Assembly: GCA_963756885.1 (NCBI GenBank)
Contig: CAVWPG010000007.1
Coordinates: 3,582-67,581, forward strand
Direction of reading: 5' to 3'
DNA from: an uncultured Bacteroidales bacterium
GTDB lineage: Bacteria; Bacteroidota; Bacteroidia; Bacteroidales; VadinHA17
Length of the DNA: 64,000 bases
Shown: positions 1 to 9,993 of the stretch, one piece after another
Layout: every line of letters starts with the position of its first letter
Position numbering within the stretch: position 1 is the stretch's first letter
The notes under the pieces: generated by a model
Databases searched by the model: none
What the model saw: the letters and a program-made list of their open reading frames with translations, nothing else
What the model was told of the DNA's origin: nothing
Program-made: the position numbers and the translations under genes

Positions 1-611
1 GGGCTGGTTTTCAGTTAAGTCTCACAAAAGGGCCATGGATCATACCTGCAAGGGAGGCACTGCTGAAGACAGATAACCTGAAGACCGGCGATGGGTTGAA
101 AATCGGAGTGGCTCCCTTTGCGAGGCATAAGCTTAAAGTCTGGCCGGAACCATATATGCTGAGGCTGCTGACCTTGATCTCGGAGAAATATAAAACAACC
201 GTACTGCTTTTTGGAGGACAGGAGGACTATGACAAGCTCTCTTCCTTCAAGGCAAGGCTGCCTAATTCAGTAATAGCCGAATCGGGCGCCCTTGAAGAGG
301 AGCTGGCCGTTATGAGCCGGCTCGACATGATGATAGCAATGGATTCCTCCAACATGCACATGGCAGCCCTGCTTGGGGTAAAGGTCATTTCCGTATGGGG
401 AGGAACGGATCCCATAACAGGCTTTGGGGCATGGAAGCAACCCGAAGAACGTTCTGTCAGGATTCCGACAGGCGAGCTTACATGCCGCCCCTGCACTGTT
501 TATGGAAAAGGGGAATGTAAAAGGGGCGATTTTGCATGCATGGTATGGCTGACACCCGATGTTGTTTTCAAAAAGATCGACGGCTGGCTCTCGCAGGAAT
601 ACCTGAAGTGA
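1..611 (+). CDS. glycosyltransferase family 9 (heptosyltransferase-like), 5' end outside window
   Basis: The frame is open from base 3, and the listed M at 96 is a TTG inside the ORF. The C-terminal half has a GT9-like pattern (LLFGGQEDYD ... MDSSNMHMAALLG ... VWGGTDP). Confidence 0.6.
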   Translation, partial: AGFQLSLTKGPWIIPAREALLKTDNLKTGDGLKIGVAPFARHKLKVWPEPYMLRLLTLISEKYKTTVLLFGGQEDYDKLSSFKARLPNSVIAESGALEEELAVMSRLDMMIAMDSSNMHMAALLGVKVISVWGGTDPITGFGAWKQPEERSVRIPTGELTCRPCTVYGKGECKRGDFACMVWLTPDVVFKKIDGWLSQEYLK

Positions 612-665
612 GTGGCGTTGCCCTTCGGATTTTATAATACAATTCATATTACATAATTATTTACA

Positions 666-3024
666 ATGAATTTTGAAGATAAGGCGGCCGGAGGTTTGGG
701 AAAGTATACTTCAGGAACCTCCAAAAGGAGATTTTATACTGCTCTGGCAGCGGCAGCAATTATTGTCGCTGTTGTGATCATCCAGGGCCAGCTGGGTAAA
801 AAGAGACCCCAGGACCCTGCGGACCTTGTAAATCCCCTTATGGGTACAGATTCGGAATATCAGGCTCTCAAACGGGAATACATATCCTGCAATTGCTCTG
901 CCATGGGGGATGAATTTCTGGACACCCCAGACACGAAAAATGGGAGATGGATGGGCCTATACTTATAATGATTACAAGATCATGGGGATAAAGCAGACCC
1001 ATCAGCCAAGTCCATGGATAAATGATTATGCGGCATTTTCCCTTATGCCTGTCACGGGAAGAATAAAAATCAAAGAGTCGGAAAGGGCTTCATGGTTCTC
1101 TCATAAGGCCGAGATTGCACGCCTTATTATTATAGTGTCTATCTTGCTGATTATGATGTTACTGCAGAGATAACTCCCACTGAAAGAGCAGCGATATTCA
1201 GCTTTACATTTCCTGAAAATGATTCCTCATTCATTCTGATTGATGGTTTCAATAAAGGATCCATGGTGAGAATAATACCTTCGGAAAGAAAAGTTATCGG
1301 TTACTGCCGTAATAACAGCGGAGGAGTACCTCCAAATTTTCATAATTATTTTGTTGCTGTATTTGACAAGGATTTTACCGGTACATCCACCTGGCATGGC
1401 GACACTCTCGATATTGGCAGGAATGAGTCGGAAGGTGATCATGCCGGAGCAGTCCTGGGTTTCAGAACCATAAGGGAGAAAAAATTACTGTGAAGGTAGC
1501 TTCATCATTTATTAGTCCTGAGCAGGCATTGATCAACCTGAACAGGGAGACAGGAGGGAAGGATTTTGAACAAATCAAAAATGAAGGCAGGGAGGCATGG
1601 AATAAACAGCTTGGCAGGATCGATGGTGGAGGGAGGAACAGCTGACCAGCAGAGAACGTTTTATTCATGTCTTTACCGGATGATCCTGTTTCCGCGGCAG
1701 TTCTATGAAGTAAATGGGAAAAATGAGATTGTGCATTACAGTCCCTACAACGGGGAGGTGCTTCCGGGATACATGTACACTGACAACGGCTTCTGGGATA
1801 CTTTCCGTGCACTCTTTCCCTTTCCTACCCTGATGTATCCCGATGTTGAACAGCAATATAATGGAAGGCCTGGCAAATACCTACAAGGAGAGCGGCTGGC
1901 TGCCGGAGTGGGCAAGTCCGGGTCATCGCGATTGCATGATCGGTTCCAATTCAGCCTCCCTCATTGCTGACTCCTATACTAAAAGGAATACGGGGTTACG
2001 ATATTGAGACCCTCTATCAGGCAATAATCAAGAATACAAAGGGAGTGGGCCCGGTTTCATCGGTTGGGAGACTCGGTGCAGAATATTATAACGAGCTGGG
2101 CTATGTCCCATATAATGTCGGGATAAATGAAAATACTGCACGTACCCTTGAGTATGCATATGATGATTTCTGTATCTGGAAGCTTGCAACGGAGCTTGGA
2201 AAGCCAGAAGAAGAGATTGATCTGTATGCCGGAAGGGCAATGAACTATAAGAATGTTTTTGATGAAGGCTAGAAGCTCATGAGGGGACGAAATCATGACG
2301 GCACCTTTCAGTCGCCTTTCAATCCTTATAAATGGGGAGATGCCTTCACTGAAGGTAACAGCTGGCACTACACCTGGAGTGTTTTTCAGGATGTTGCAGG
2401 GACTTGTTAACCTGATGGGAGGCAAGGGAAATTTCGTTGCGAAGCTCGATTCAGTATTTCATGTACCGCCTGTTTTCGATTATTCCTATTATGGTCAGGT
2501 TATCCATGAGATCCGCGAGATGCAGATCATGAATATGGGTAACTATGCTCATGGAAATCAGCCCATTCAGCATATGATATATCTTTACAATTATGCTGGC
2601 AGAACCATGGAAGACGCAATATCATGTAAGGGAAGTGATGGACAAGCTTTACAATTATACCCCTGATGGTTATTGCGGCGATGAAGATAACGGACAGACT
2701 TCGGCATGGTACGTATTTTCGGCCCTCGGCTTTTATCCTGTTACTCCGGGTACAGGTGAATATGTTATAGGATCCCCGTTATTCAATAAAGCCACATTAA
2801 GTTTCGAAAACGGCAAGCGACTCGTAATCAGGGCTCAGAAAAATTCAAGGGATAACATTTATGTACAGAGCATTAAGTTTAACGGGAAGCCTGTAGCTAA
2901 AAACTATATAAGCCACAGCGATCTTGTAAAGGGAGGGACACTAATATTCAATATGGGTCCGGTCCCTGACAAAAGCAGGGGAACAGGACCGGAATCATTC
3001 CCTTATTCGATGAGCAGTGAATAG
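666..3024 (+). pseudogene. GH92 alpha-mannosidase, multiply frameshifted
   Basis: Seven listed ORF pieces (666, 910, 1263, 1566, 1964, 2295, 2593) plus an unlisted frame-2 piece (about 1460-1640, KGEKITVKVASSFISPEQALINL...) read as consecutive parts of one GH92-type protein. Recognisable stretches include NPLMGTDS, QPSPWINDY, TFYSCLYRM, LEYAYDDFC, HGNQPIQHMIYLYNYAG and YCGDEDNGQTSAWYVFSALGFYPV. At least seven frame changes are needed. Confidence 0.75.
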
Positions 3025-3035
3025 GTTTCTGCAGC

Positions 3036-4225
3036 TTACAGCTTCAGCCTGATATTGATACTTCACAAGCAGGGCTGTCAGACCCACCATCAGCAGCGCC
3101 CAGGCAACCGATCCGGCTATTGCCACAAGCGGCATTCCAGACTGCTTGTAAATAAGAATGGGCAATCCTGTACTGAAAATAATATAATAGAGGATATCTG
3201 GTGCCAAGGTAAGTTGTAAGAGAATTTTCACCGGCAGGCTTCAGGAAAAAGGTCCATTTTGTTTTCTTCCGTATGTCGATTATCCAGTAAAGGAATGCAA
3301 AGAGAATCATGCTGATTCCGTTGCAAATAAGTCCCCAGCTTGGCGTTGCGCGGATTTTTGAAATTATAAACCATTTTCTGAGGACGAATCCGGCAGCGAT
3401 GCACAATACTCCAAGGGACACAATTGTAAGTATAGTCTTTCTGTGATCGGAAGAAAGTCTTTTCATTATTAAAGTTGTCAGCAATCCGGAGATTACAATA
3501 AATGGCACATTGCCATCAATTATAACTCCAAGAACCGGTTTTACGGGATCAAGGACATTGAGGAGTTCCAGCCTGGAAAGAATGTTCAGGGCCAGGAAGA
3601 AAAGCCAGGCCACAGCCGTATTGAGAATATTGTTGCGGGCCACCAGGTAAAGAAATGCCGAAACAAGATATCCCCAGCCAATGAGTCCGAGAATGCCCCA
3701 CCAGCCAGTAATAAGCGAACCGTTATTTGCCATTTGTCCAGATCTGAATTTGAATACAAGGAAAACAAGCAAAGCTATCCCGGCAAGCCTGAGACCTGAT
3801 ATTGTGAAGAAATTTCTTTCATTCTCGGTGTAATGGTTCCATATAAGAAATACCCCGATCAGCATGAGGATAGACCAGAGATTTTCACCCATTCCTGTCA
3901 GTTCTGCATTTACCCTGCCGGAATTCAGTGAAAGGACTCCTATAATCAGGAGGCTTACCGATCTGATTATTATATGTCTTACAATTGAGTAGGTACTTTC
4001 ACCTTTCCCGATCCTGTTGCCGATGGAGAAGGGGATTGCCATGCCAACCATGAATAGAAATCCAGGAAAAACCCAATCAGCCAGTCCCATGCCATCGAAG
4101 TCAGCTTTCATATGCCCCAGCCACGACGGAACTCCGGGCATATACAGGTCGTTGACAAACAGCATCAGGACCAGTGTCAGTCCCCTCATGATATCTATCG
4201 ATTGAATACGGTTGCTTTGTGTCAT
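3036..4225 (-). pseudogene. HGSNAT-like / DUF5009 membrane acyltransferase, two frameshifts near the 3' end
   Basis: The N-terminal ~330 aa are collinear with the intact paralog at 4251-5441 (MRGLTLVLMLFVNDLYMPGVP...). The C-terminus continues in ORF 2995-3231 (APDILYYIIF...VAIAGSVAWALLM). The last codons (INIRLKL-stop, stop at 3036-3038) match the paralog tail only in a third frame. Confidence 0.6.
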
Positions 4226-4250
4226 TTTAATGTCAGTATAAAGAATTTTC

Positions 4251-5441
4251 TTAAAGCTTGAGCCTGAAATTGATCCGTTGAAGCAGAACAGGAAGAGCTG
4301 CTCCCATCACAAGTGCCCAGGCAACCGACCCGGCTATCACAACCAGTGGAATAGCAGAATCCTTGTAAAAGAGCAGGGGCAGGCTGAACTGCCAGATAAT
4401 GTAATAGAACATATCCGGTACAAGATATACAGTCAGCGAGTTGGCGCCGGCAGGCTTCAGGAAGAGTCCCCATTTTATCTGCTTCCTGATATCAATTATC
4501 CAGTAGAGTAGTGCAAATAGGAGGGCGCTTATTCCATTGCAGATCAGCCCCCAGCTGGGAGTTGCCTGAATTTTTGAGATAATGAACCATTTTCGTAATA
4601 TGAATCCTGCAAGAAGCATTGCAATGCCAAGTGAAACGATTATCCCAAGGGTCTTCCCGTGATGCGCACCGGAAAGCTTTTTGAGAATAAGGGTCGTAAC
4701 CATTCCTGAGAGCACTATAAAAGGAGCATTGCCGTTGATAAGGACTCCGAGGACAGGTCTGACAGGGCTCAGAAAATCAAGAAGATGCAGTTTGGACAGA
4801 ATGTTAAGCGTGAGGAAGAAGACTATTGCCACTGCAGTTTTTGCTATATTGTTCCGGAAGCCAAGGTAGACGAATGCTGCCACAAGGTAGCCCCAGCCGA
4901 TTGTGCCAAGAATGCCCCATGATCGGAAGGAGAAGCCGTGAATTTCATCTTTCCCCGATCTGAAAATATAAACCATGACGAGGATCATGATTATTCCTGC
5001 GACCTTCAGAATATTGATTATAATGCTGTTCTTTTGTGTCACCTTATAGTCGTTCCAGATAAAAAAGACCCCCGTATACATTATCAGTGACCAGATATTT
5101 TTGGACAGGCCGGTAGCCTCTCCGTTGACATTCCTTGAATTTGCCATAAGCGCTCCGATTATAAGCAGGCTGAGGGTTCTGATCAGGATGTGCTGTGATA
5201 TCAGGGATGCTTTTTCTCCCCGGGAGATCCTGTTGCCTAAGGCGAAGGGGATAGCCATTCCAACCATGAACAGGAAGCCCGGGAAGACCCAGTCGGCGAG
5301 TCCCATTCCATCAAAGGTGGCTGCCCTGTGACCAAGCCAGGCCGGAACTCCCGGCATATAAAGATCGTTTACGAAAAGCATGAGTACGAGAGTGAGTCCT
5401 CGCATTATGTCTATCGAGTTAATACGGTTTGATTCGCTCAT
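4251..5441 (-). CDS. HGSNAT-like / DUF5009 family membrane acyltransferase (intact paralog)
   Basis: A 396-aa polytopic membrane protein. The N-terminal motif SIDIMRGLTLVLMLFVNDL is typical of the heparan-alpha-glucosaminide N-acetyltransferase-like family. It is a tandem paralog of the upstream copy. Confidence 0.7.
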   Translation of the reverse strand: MSESNRINSIDIMRGLTLVLMLFVNDLYMPGVPAWLGHRAATFDGMGLADWVFPGFLFMVGMAIPFALGNRISRGEKASLISQHILIRTLSLLIIGALMANSRNVNGEATGLSKNIWSLIMYTGVFFIWNDYKVTQKNSIIINILKVAGIIMILVMVYIFRSGKDEIHGFSFRSWGILGTIGWGYLVAAFVYLGFRNNIAKTAVAIVFFLTLNILSKLHLLDFLSPVRPVLGVLINGNAPFIVLSGMVTTLILKKLSGAHHGKTLGIIVSLGIAMLLAGFILRKWFIISKIQATPSWGLICNGISALLFALLYWIIDIRKQIKWGLFLKPAGANSLTVYLVPDMFYYIIWQFSLPLLFYKDSAIPLVVIAGSVAWALVMGAALPVLLQRINFRLKL

Positions 5442-5478
5442 GGCAGGAAGCTGTTTTGGCGTTTTTAGGTTTGGTTTA

Positions 5479-7215
5479 TTATATTTTGCTTATTTTGAAG
5501 GCAATATCCTGTTTCTGATCCGGATTGTAAGGCACACTCAGTACAAGTTTCCCATTAGCGGCGCTAACAATGGAGGAGCCTGTGTTATTGCCTGTCCAGG
5601 GATCGAACCACGTGACCGAATACCTGCCCTGACCCTCTTTCATGACAGTGAATTTTGTTTTGCCGATATTCTTGTCAAAGATCGATCTGGCCCAGCCAAA
5701 TGCGCTGTCTCCGGCATCCATAACAAAAACATCCTCTCCTTCGGCATCAACCTTGAGGGGTTTGTACGGGAGGTTTGCAAAATCAATGCCGGCAACAAAC
5801 TCTGACAGATGCTTAAGCTGCTGCCAGTCCTGCTCTTCCAGGACAGAAAAGTCCCACCACACAGGGGTTCCTGCAAGGCCATTCGTAAGCGATGCCCAGA
5901 TCTGGTTATGATAGGAGATATGATATTCATTTCGTACCGGCTTAAAGTATGTCAGGTCAGCGCCTGCCTCACCGAAAATAGCAGGCTTTTCAAACCTCTC
6001 CCAGAACCGTTTGCTTGCCCAGGCAAAATTATACATGTCGCTTCTCAGCGTATCTTCAGTGTATTTTAATTTCCATCCCTGTGCAGGGTAGAGATGGAGG
6101 TTCGGAATGTCAGTCATTTCATAGAGCTGTTCACGGTACTGATCAAAACCTCCGCTGAATGAGGCTGTCACAGGATGACGATAAGGATCGTTTTCAGCAA
6201 AATAGCTGACGCATTTGCCGACCCATTTATAAGCCTCGTCATGGTGCCCTTTATCCCAGCCATCAGTTCCGTCCATTTCATTTATAAGCTCCCATACTCC
6301 CCAGCTGCGGCTGTATGCGAACCGCGCTATGAGGTATCTGTATTTCATCTGCTGATATTCCCATACCCGCGGATCACTGTATACGTTTTCAGCTTCTGTG
6401 AGTTCACTGTACGGATTTTCATTCCACTGGGATGCCCAGACAGTTTTTGAGAAGAGGTCATGAGGCCATATTGCGTACATCAGTTCTATATTATCATGTT
6501 CGAGTATGCCAAGCATCGAATCTATCCTTCCAAGCTTTTCCTGGTTATAGGAACCGAGCTTGTTCTCGATGATGCCGGCATCATTTACGAATCCACCGTA
6601 ATTGATATCCCATATTGCAAGGAAATTGGCGTCATGATCGGCATAGGTCCTGAAAACCTTTTCACTGTTTCCCCAGGGAGAATATGCACCTACAGCATAA
6701 TAGGATGTTCCGTCATCATGGGCGAAGTAATGAGGATTCTTTCCTGAGGGTCTTATCCAGCCATGATGATCCGATCCGACAGCAGTAAAGGAAGAATCGG
6801 CTGATTCTCCCTCTGCAGTTCCATCCTTAACATATACCCTGTATTTGTACATGCCAGTCTCACCGGGAGAGAAACGGATCTTCCAGCAATTGGCGCCATG
6901 GTAGTCGTCAAAAAATCCGTTGATCCTTATATTCCTGCCTGACGGTGATGTGAAGAGGGCATAAAGGTCAATATCGGCCGGGTCGTAGGGATTGCTGATC
7001 TTCACATTTTTCAGGTCCAGCTTCACTTCAAATTTTTCATACTTTTTTATTGTTGCCGAATTAACTCCGGATACGGCCACCCCGGGCCTTGAGCCCTGGG
7101 AATATTTGTTGTTCCCTCCTGAACACGAGCTCAGGACAGCCAGAATGAAAACCAGGATCATGCCTGGTAAATTGCAGGGAGGGGATCCGGTTTTGCAACA
7201 ATTGATCTGTGTCAT
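5479..7215 (-). CDS. putative glycoside hydrolase lipoprotein (DUF5060-like N-terminal domain plus GH5-like TIM barrel)
   Basis: It has a lipobox-like signal (LAVLSSCSGG) and an N-terminal region (NPYDPADIDLYALFTSPSG..INGFFDDY) resembling DUF5060. WELINEMDG resembles the GH5 NEP acid/base region. The start may be the internal M at 7161. Confidence 0.5.
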   Translation of the reverse strand: MTQINCCKTGSPPCNLPGMILVFILAVLSSCSGGNNKYSQGSRPGVAVSGVNSATIKKYEKFEVKLDLKNVKISNPYDPADIDLYALFTSPSGRNIRINGFFDDYHGANCWKIRFSPGETGMYKYRVYVKDGTAEGESADSSFTAVGSDHHGWIRPSGKNPHYFAHDDGTSYYAVGAYSPWGNSEKVFRTYADHDANFLAIWDINYGGFVNDAGIIENKLGSYNQEKLGRIDSMLGILEHDNIELMYAIWPHDLFSKTVWASQWNENPYSELTEAENVYSDPRVWEYQQMKYRYLIARFAYSRSWGVWELINEMDGTDGWDKGHHDEAYKWVGKCVSYFAENDPYRHPVTASFSGGFDQYREQLYEMTDIPNLHLYPAQGWKLKYTEDTLRSDMYNFAWASKRFWERFEKPAIFGEAGADLTYFKPVRNEYHISYHNQIWASLTNGLAGTPVWWDFSVLEEQDWQQLKHLSEFVAGIDFANLPYKPLKVDAEGEDVFVMDAGDSAFGWARSIFDKNIGKTKFTVMKEGQGRYSVTWFDPWTGNNTGSSIVSAANGKLVLSVPYNPDQKQDIAFKISKI

Positions 7216-7539
7216 ATCTTGAAAAGATTATAATTGAACCGGTAAGTTAAAAAGTTTAATCGAATTAGGATAATATAAAGCTGAAGAGGTGTCAGTTTTT
7301 ATTGCAACCTGTAATGGAGCGGCAAAGGGATATCGCTATAATCCGGGCCTCTTTCATATGATTTTTAAAAACTTCTCAATAATAAGTACGTTAAAGTCAT
7401 AGAGGGCATTGACTCATCCATTGGAGGGAATAAACTCTCTTTTATGCCCTGCAGGGTGTAAAAAAAACCATAAATTTGGTATCTTTAAAAAAACTCCCGG
7501 ACACAATTACAATCTCAACGATCAAAATAACATGACACT

Positions 7540-9978
7540 ATGAAAAAAATTACAATTATCGCTCTGCTTCTGGGGCTTAGCAGCTATCTTTTGTTTTCCC
7601 AGACCGATGAGAAGCTTAAATCAGATATACGCAGCACCGGTTATGTGCACAGTCCGCTGCCGCTCGATTACAGCAAGTCGTATGAAACCTTCGGGCTGAC
7701 CAAAAAGGTGCTTCAGTCGGAGATGCTATGCGATATGGAAGATATGCAAAAATGGTCGCATACCGGTATCGGGGAGATGAAGCAGACCTCTGACAGGAGC
7801 ATTTCAGGAAAGCATAGTCTCCGCCTCACAGCGCCTACCTTTATTGATACGGTTGCAGCGTGGGGACTGGGACGGGGAACTTCACTTGCATCCTTTGATG
7901 TCGGGGGGAAGAACTGGGAGAAATATAACCGGATCCATCTGAATATTTTCCCCAATTGCGAAGGGGCCCGCAGCATTTACCTGAACCTTTACGTGGAGAA
8001 TGACGGGAAGATCAAGGTACCTGATAAGTACGGGCGCGAAGGCTACCACGAGATCAACCTTGTAAATGGCAAGTGGAATGAATGTTTCCTCGAGATGCCG
8101 GAACTGGCAAGGGACAAGGTTACGAAGATCTCATTTGCGATAGAGGTCTTTGGAAGGGAACGCACAATGGGTGATTCCCTGAAATTCGATATAGATGCGG
8201 TGGAGCTTCAGACAGTAGAAAATCCGGAGGTGGTGAGCGGCTGGCAGCCCGCAGCAAACAGGATCATCCTGTCGACCAGCGGATACAGGCCGGAGAGCGA
8301 GAAAACAGCTATTGTAAAGGTAGCCGGCAACAACGGTGAATTCAGCCTGGTGGATTATACAACATCGCAGGTGGCCTACAGGGGAAAGATAACAAAGGCA
8401 AAAACAGCCCTGGGCGATTTCGAAACAATAGATTTCACGGATTTCAAAAAGCAGGGTGAATATACTATCCGTGTGGGAGATGTTTCAACAATGCCCTTTT
8501 ATATCGATGACAACCTGTGGGACAACTCAGCATGGAGGATGGTTAATTTCATGTTCTGCGAACGTTGCGGTTATCCGGTGCCGGGAAAGCATGGTGTATG
8601 TCATACCGATCTGAACGGCGAATATAACGGTCATATATATCCGGTAAACGGTGGCTGGCACGATGCTGCAGACATGTCGCAGCAATCGCTGCAAACAGGT
8701 GAGATTGCATTTTCATTGCTTGAGATGGCAGCCCGGGCCAGGGAAAAGAACAACACCGATCTTTACAATCGTCTTACGGAGGAGGCTCTCTGGGGACTCG
8801 ATTTCATTATGAAAACCCGGCTTGGCGATGGCCATCGCTTCCAGACCTGGGGTACCAACCTGTGGACCGATGGCTATATAGGATCGATCGATGATGCCGG
8901 GAGGAGGCAGGTTGTTGAGACAAACAGCGGGTTTGAGAATTTTCTTTTCTCGGGTATCGAGGCCTATGCATCCATGACACTGGAGAAAGATCCGATGCTG
9001 AAGGAAAATCTGTGCAAAATTGCCAGGGAGGATTTTGGTTATGCAATGAAGCGCTTCGAGGAACTGGGATACAATGAAAGGATCTCGAAAGGCCACGGAC
9101 ATGCCTATATGGCCTCGCAAAGCCAGTATATGGCCACGATATCGTGGGCTGCAAGCATGCTCTACAGGCTTACCGGTGATAAGTACTATGCCGGGAAGGC
9201 TGCCGGGTCGATAAAATACACTATTCAGTGCCAGCGTTCAGAGCCTTTGAACGATAAGTATCAGACGAGGGGCTTTTTCTACAGGGATCTGGATAAAAAA
9301 TCGATTGTCCATTTCACTCACCAGTCGCGCGACCATGTATACATGCAGGCATTGACAGCTTTGTGCGAAACGCAGCCGGGAAGCCCCGACTATAGTACCT
9401 GGGAGAATTCAATAAGGCTTTATGGTGATTACCTGAAAAATATCTTCAGGTATGTGCAGCCATATGGAATGATTCCCAGCGGAATCTATCAGAAGGATGA
9501 GATAAAGGATTCGGTTAATTTCTATATTGTCCAGGTAGGCATTCGCCAGGATGTAACGAAGGACTTCAGGGAGCAGCTTGACAACGCAGTAAAGCTTGAT
9601 GCGGATCATTACCTTCGAATTTTCCCTGTTTGGTTCTCCTTCAAGGGCAATACAGCGGTTCAGCTTTCGACTGGGAAGGCTGCCGCTCTCTGCGGCAAGT
9701 TCCTTAAGGACAAGGAGCTGATGAATATCGCCGAACAGCAGCTGTTCTGGGTGGTAGGCAAGAATCCCTTCGGGCAATCGCTTATCTGGGGGGAGGGAAG
9801 CAATTATCCGCAGCTCTACACAGCGTTGCCGGGTGAAATGGTGGGAGAGATACCTGTCGGGATGCAATCGCGGTTCAATGAGGATACCCCTTACTGGCCG
9901 CAGTTCAATACGGCAACCTATAAGGAGGTATGGGGAGGGTCAGCCTGCAAATGGTTCATGCTGATCTCTGAATTTTAA
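7540..9978 (+). CDS. GH9-like glycoside hydrolase with N-terminal Ig-like domain
   Basis: It has a signal peptide. The segment RIILSTSGYRPESEKTAIVK resembles the cellulase N-terminal Ig-like domain. GGWHDAADMSQQ is a variant of the GH9 GGWxDAGD motif. The C-terminal NPFGQSLIWGEGSNYP is GH9-like. Confidence 0.55.
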   Translation: MKKITIIALLLGLSSYLLFSQTDEKLKSDIRSTGYVHSPLPLDYSKSYETFGLTKKVLQSEMLCDMEDMQKWSHTGIGEMKQTSDRSISGKHSLRLTAPTFIDTVAAWGLGRGTSLASFDVGGKNWEKYNRIHLNIFPNCEGARSIYLNLYVENDGKIKVPDKYGREGYHEINLVNGKWNECFLEMPELARDKVTKISFAIEVFGRERTMGDSLKFDIDAVELQTVENPEVVSGWQPAANRIILSTSGYRPESEKTAIVKVAGNNGEFSLVDYTTSQVAYRGKITKAKTALGDFETIDFTDFKKQGEYTIRVGDVSTMPFYIDDNLWDNSAWRMVNFMFCERCGYPVPGKHGVCHTDLNGEYNGHIYPVNGGWHDAADMSQQSLQTGEIAFSLLEMAARAREKNNTDLYNRLTEEALWGLDFIMKTRLGDGHRFQTWGTNLWTDGYIGSIDDAGRRQVVETNSGFENFLFSGIEAYASMTLEKDPMLKENLCKIAREDFGYAMKRFEELGYNERISKGHGHAYMASQSQYMATISWAASMLYRLTGDKYYAGKAAGSIKYTIQCQRSEPLNDKYQTRGFFYRDLDKKSIVHFTHQSRDHVYMQALTALCETQPGSPDYSTWENSIRLYGDYLKNIFRYVQPYGMIPSGIYQKDEIKDSVNFYIVQVGIRQDVTKDFREQLDNAVKLDADHYLRIFPVWFSFKGNTAVQLSTGKAAALCGKFLKDKELMNIAEQQLFWVVGKNPFGQSLIWGEGSNYPQLYTALPGEMVGEIPVGMQSRFNEDTPYWPQFNTATYKEVWGGSACKWFMLISEF

Positions 9979-9993
9979 GAAACTTATAAGCTC

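Noticed and set aside
227-647. Minus-strand ORFs of 89 and 126 aa overlapping the GT9 gene. Many similar 60-170-aa antisense ORFs occur throughout the track (for example 8713-9154, 10051-10479, 56115-56624 and 60120-60638).
   Set aside because: Each lies within a longer ORF on the other strand that has recognisable family motifs. None has motifs of its own.
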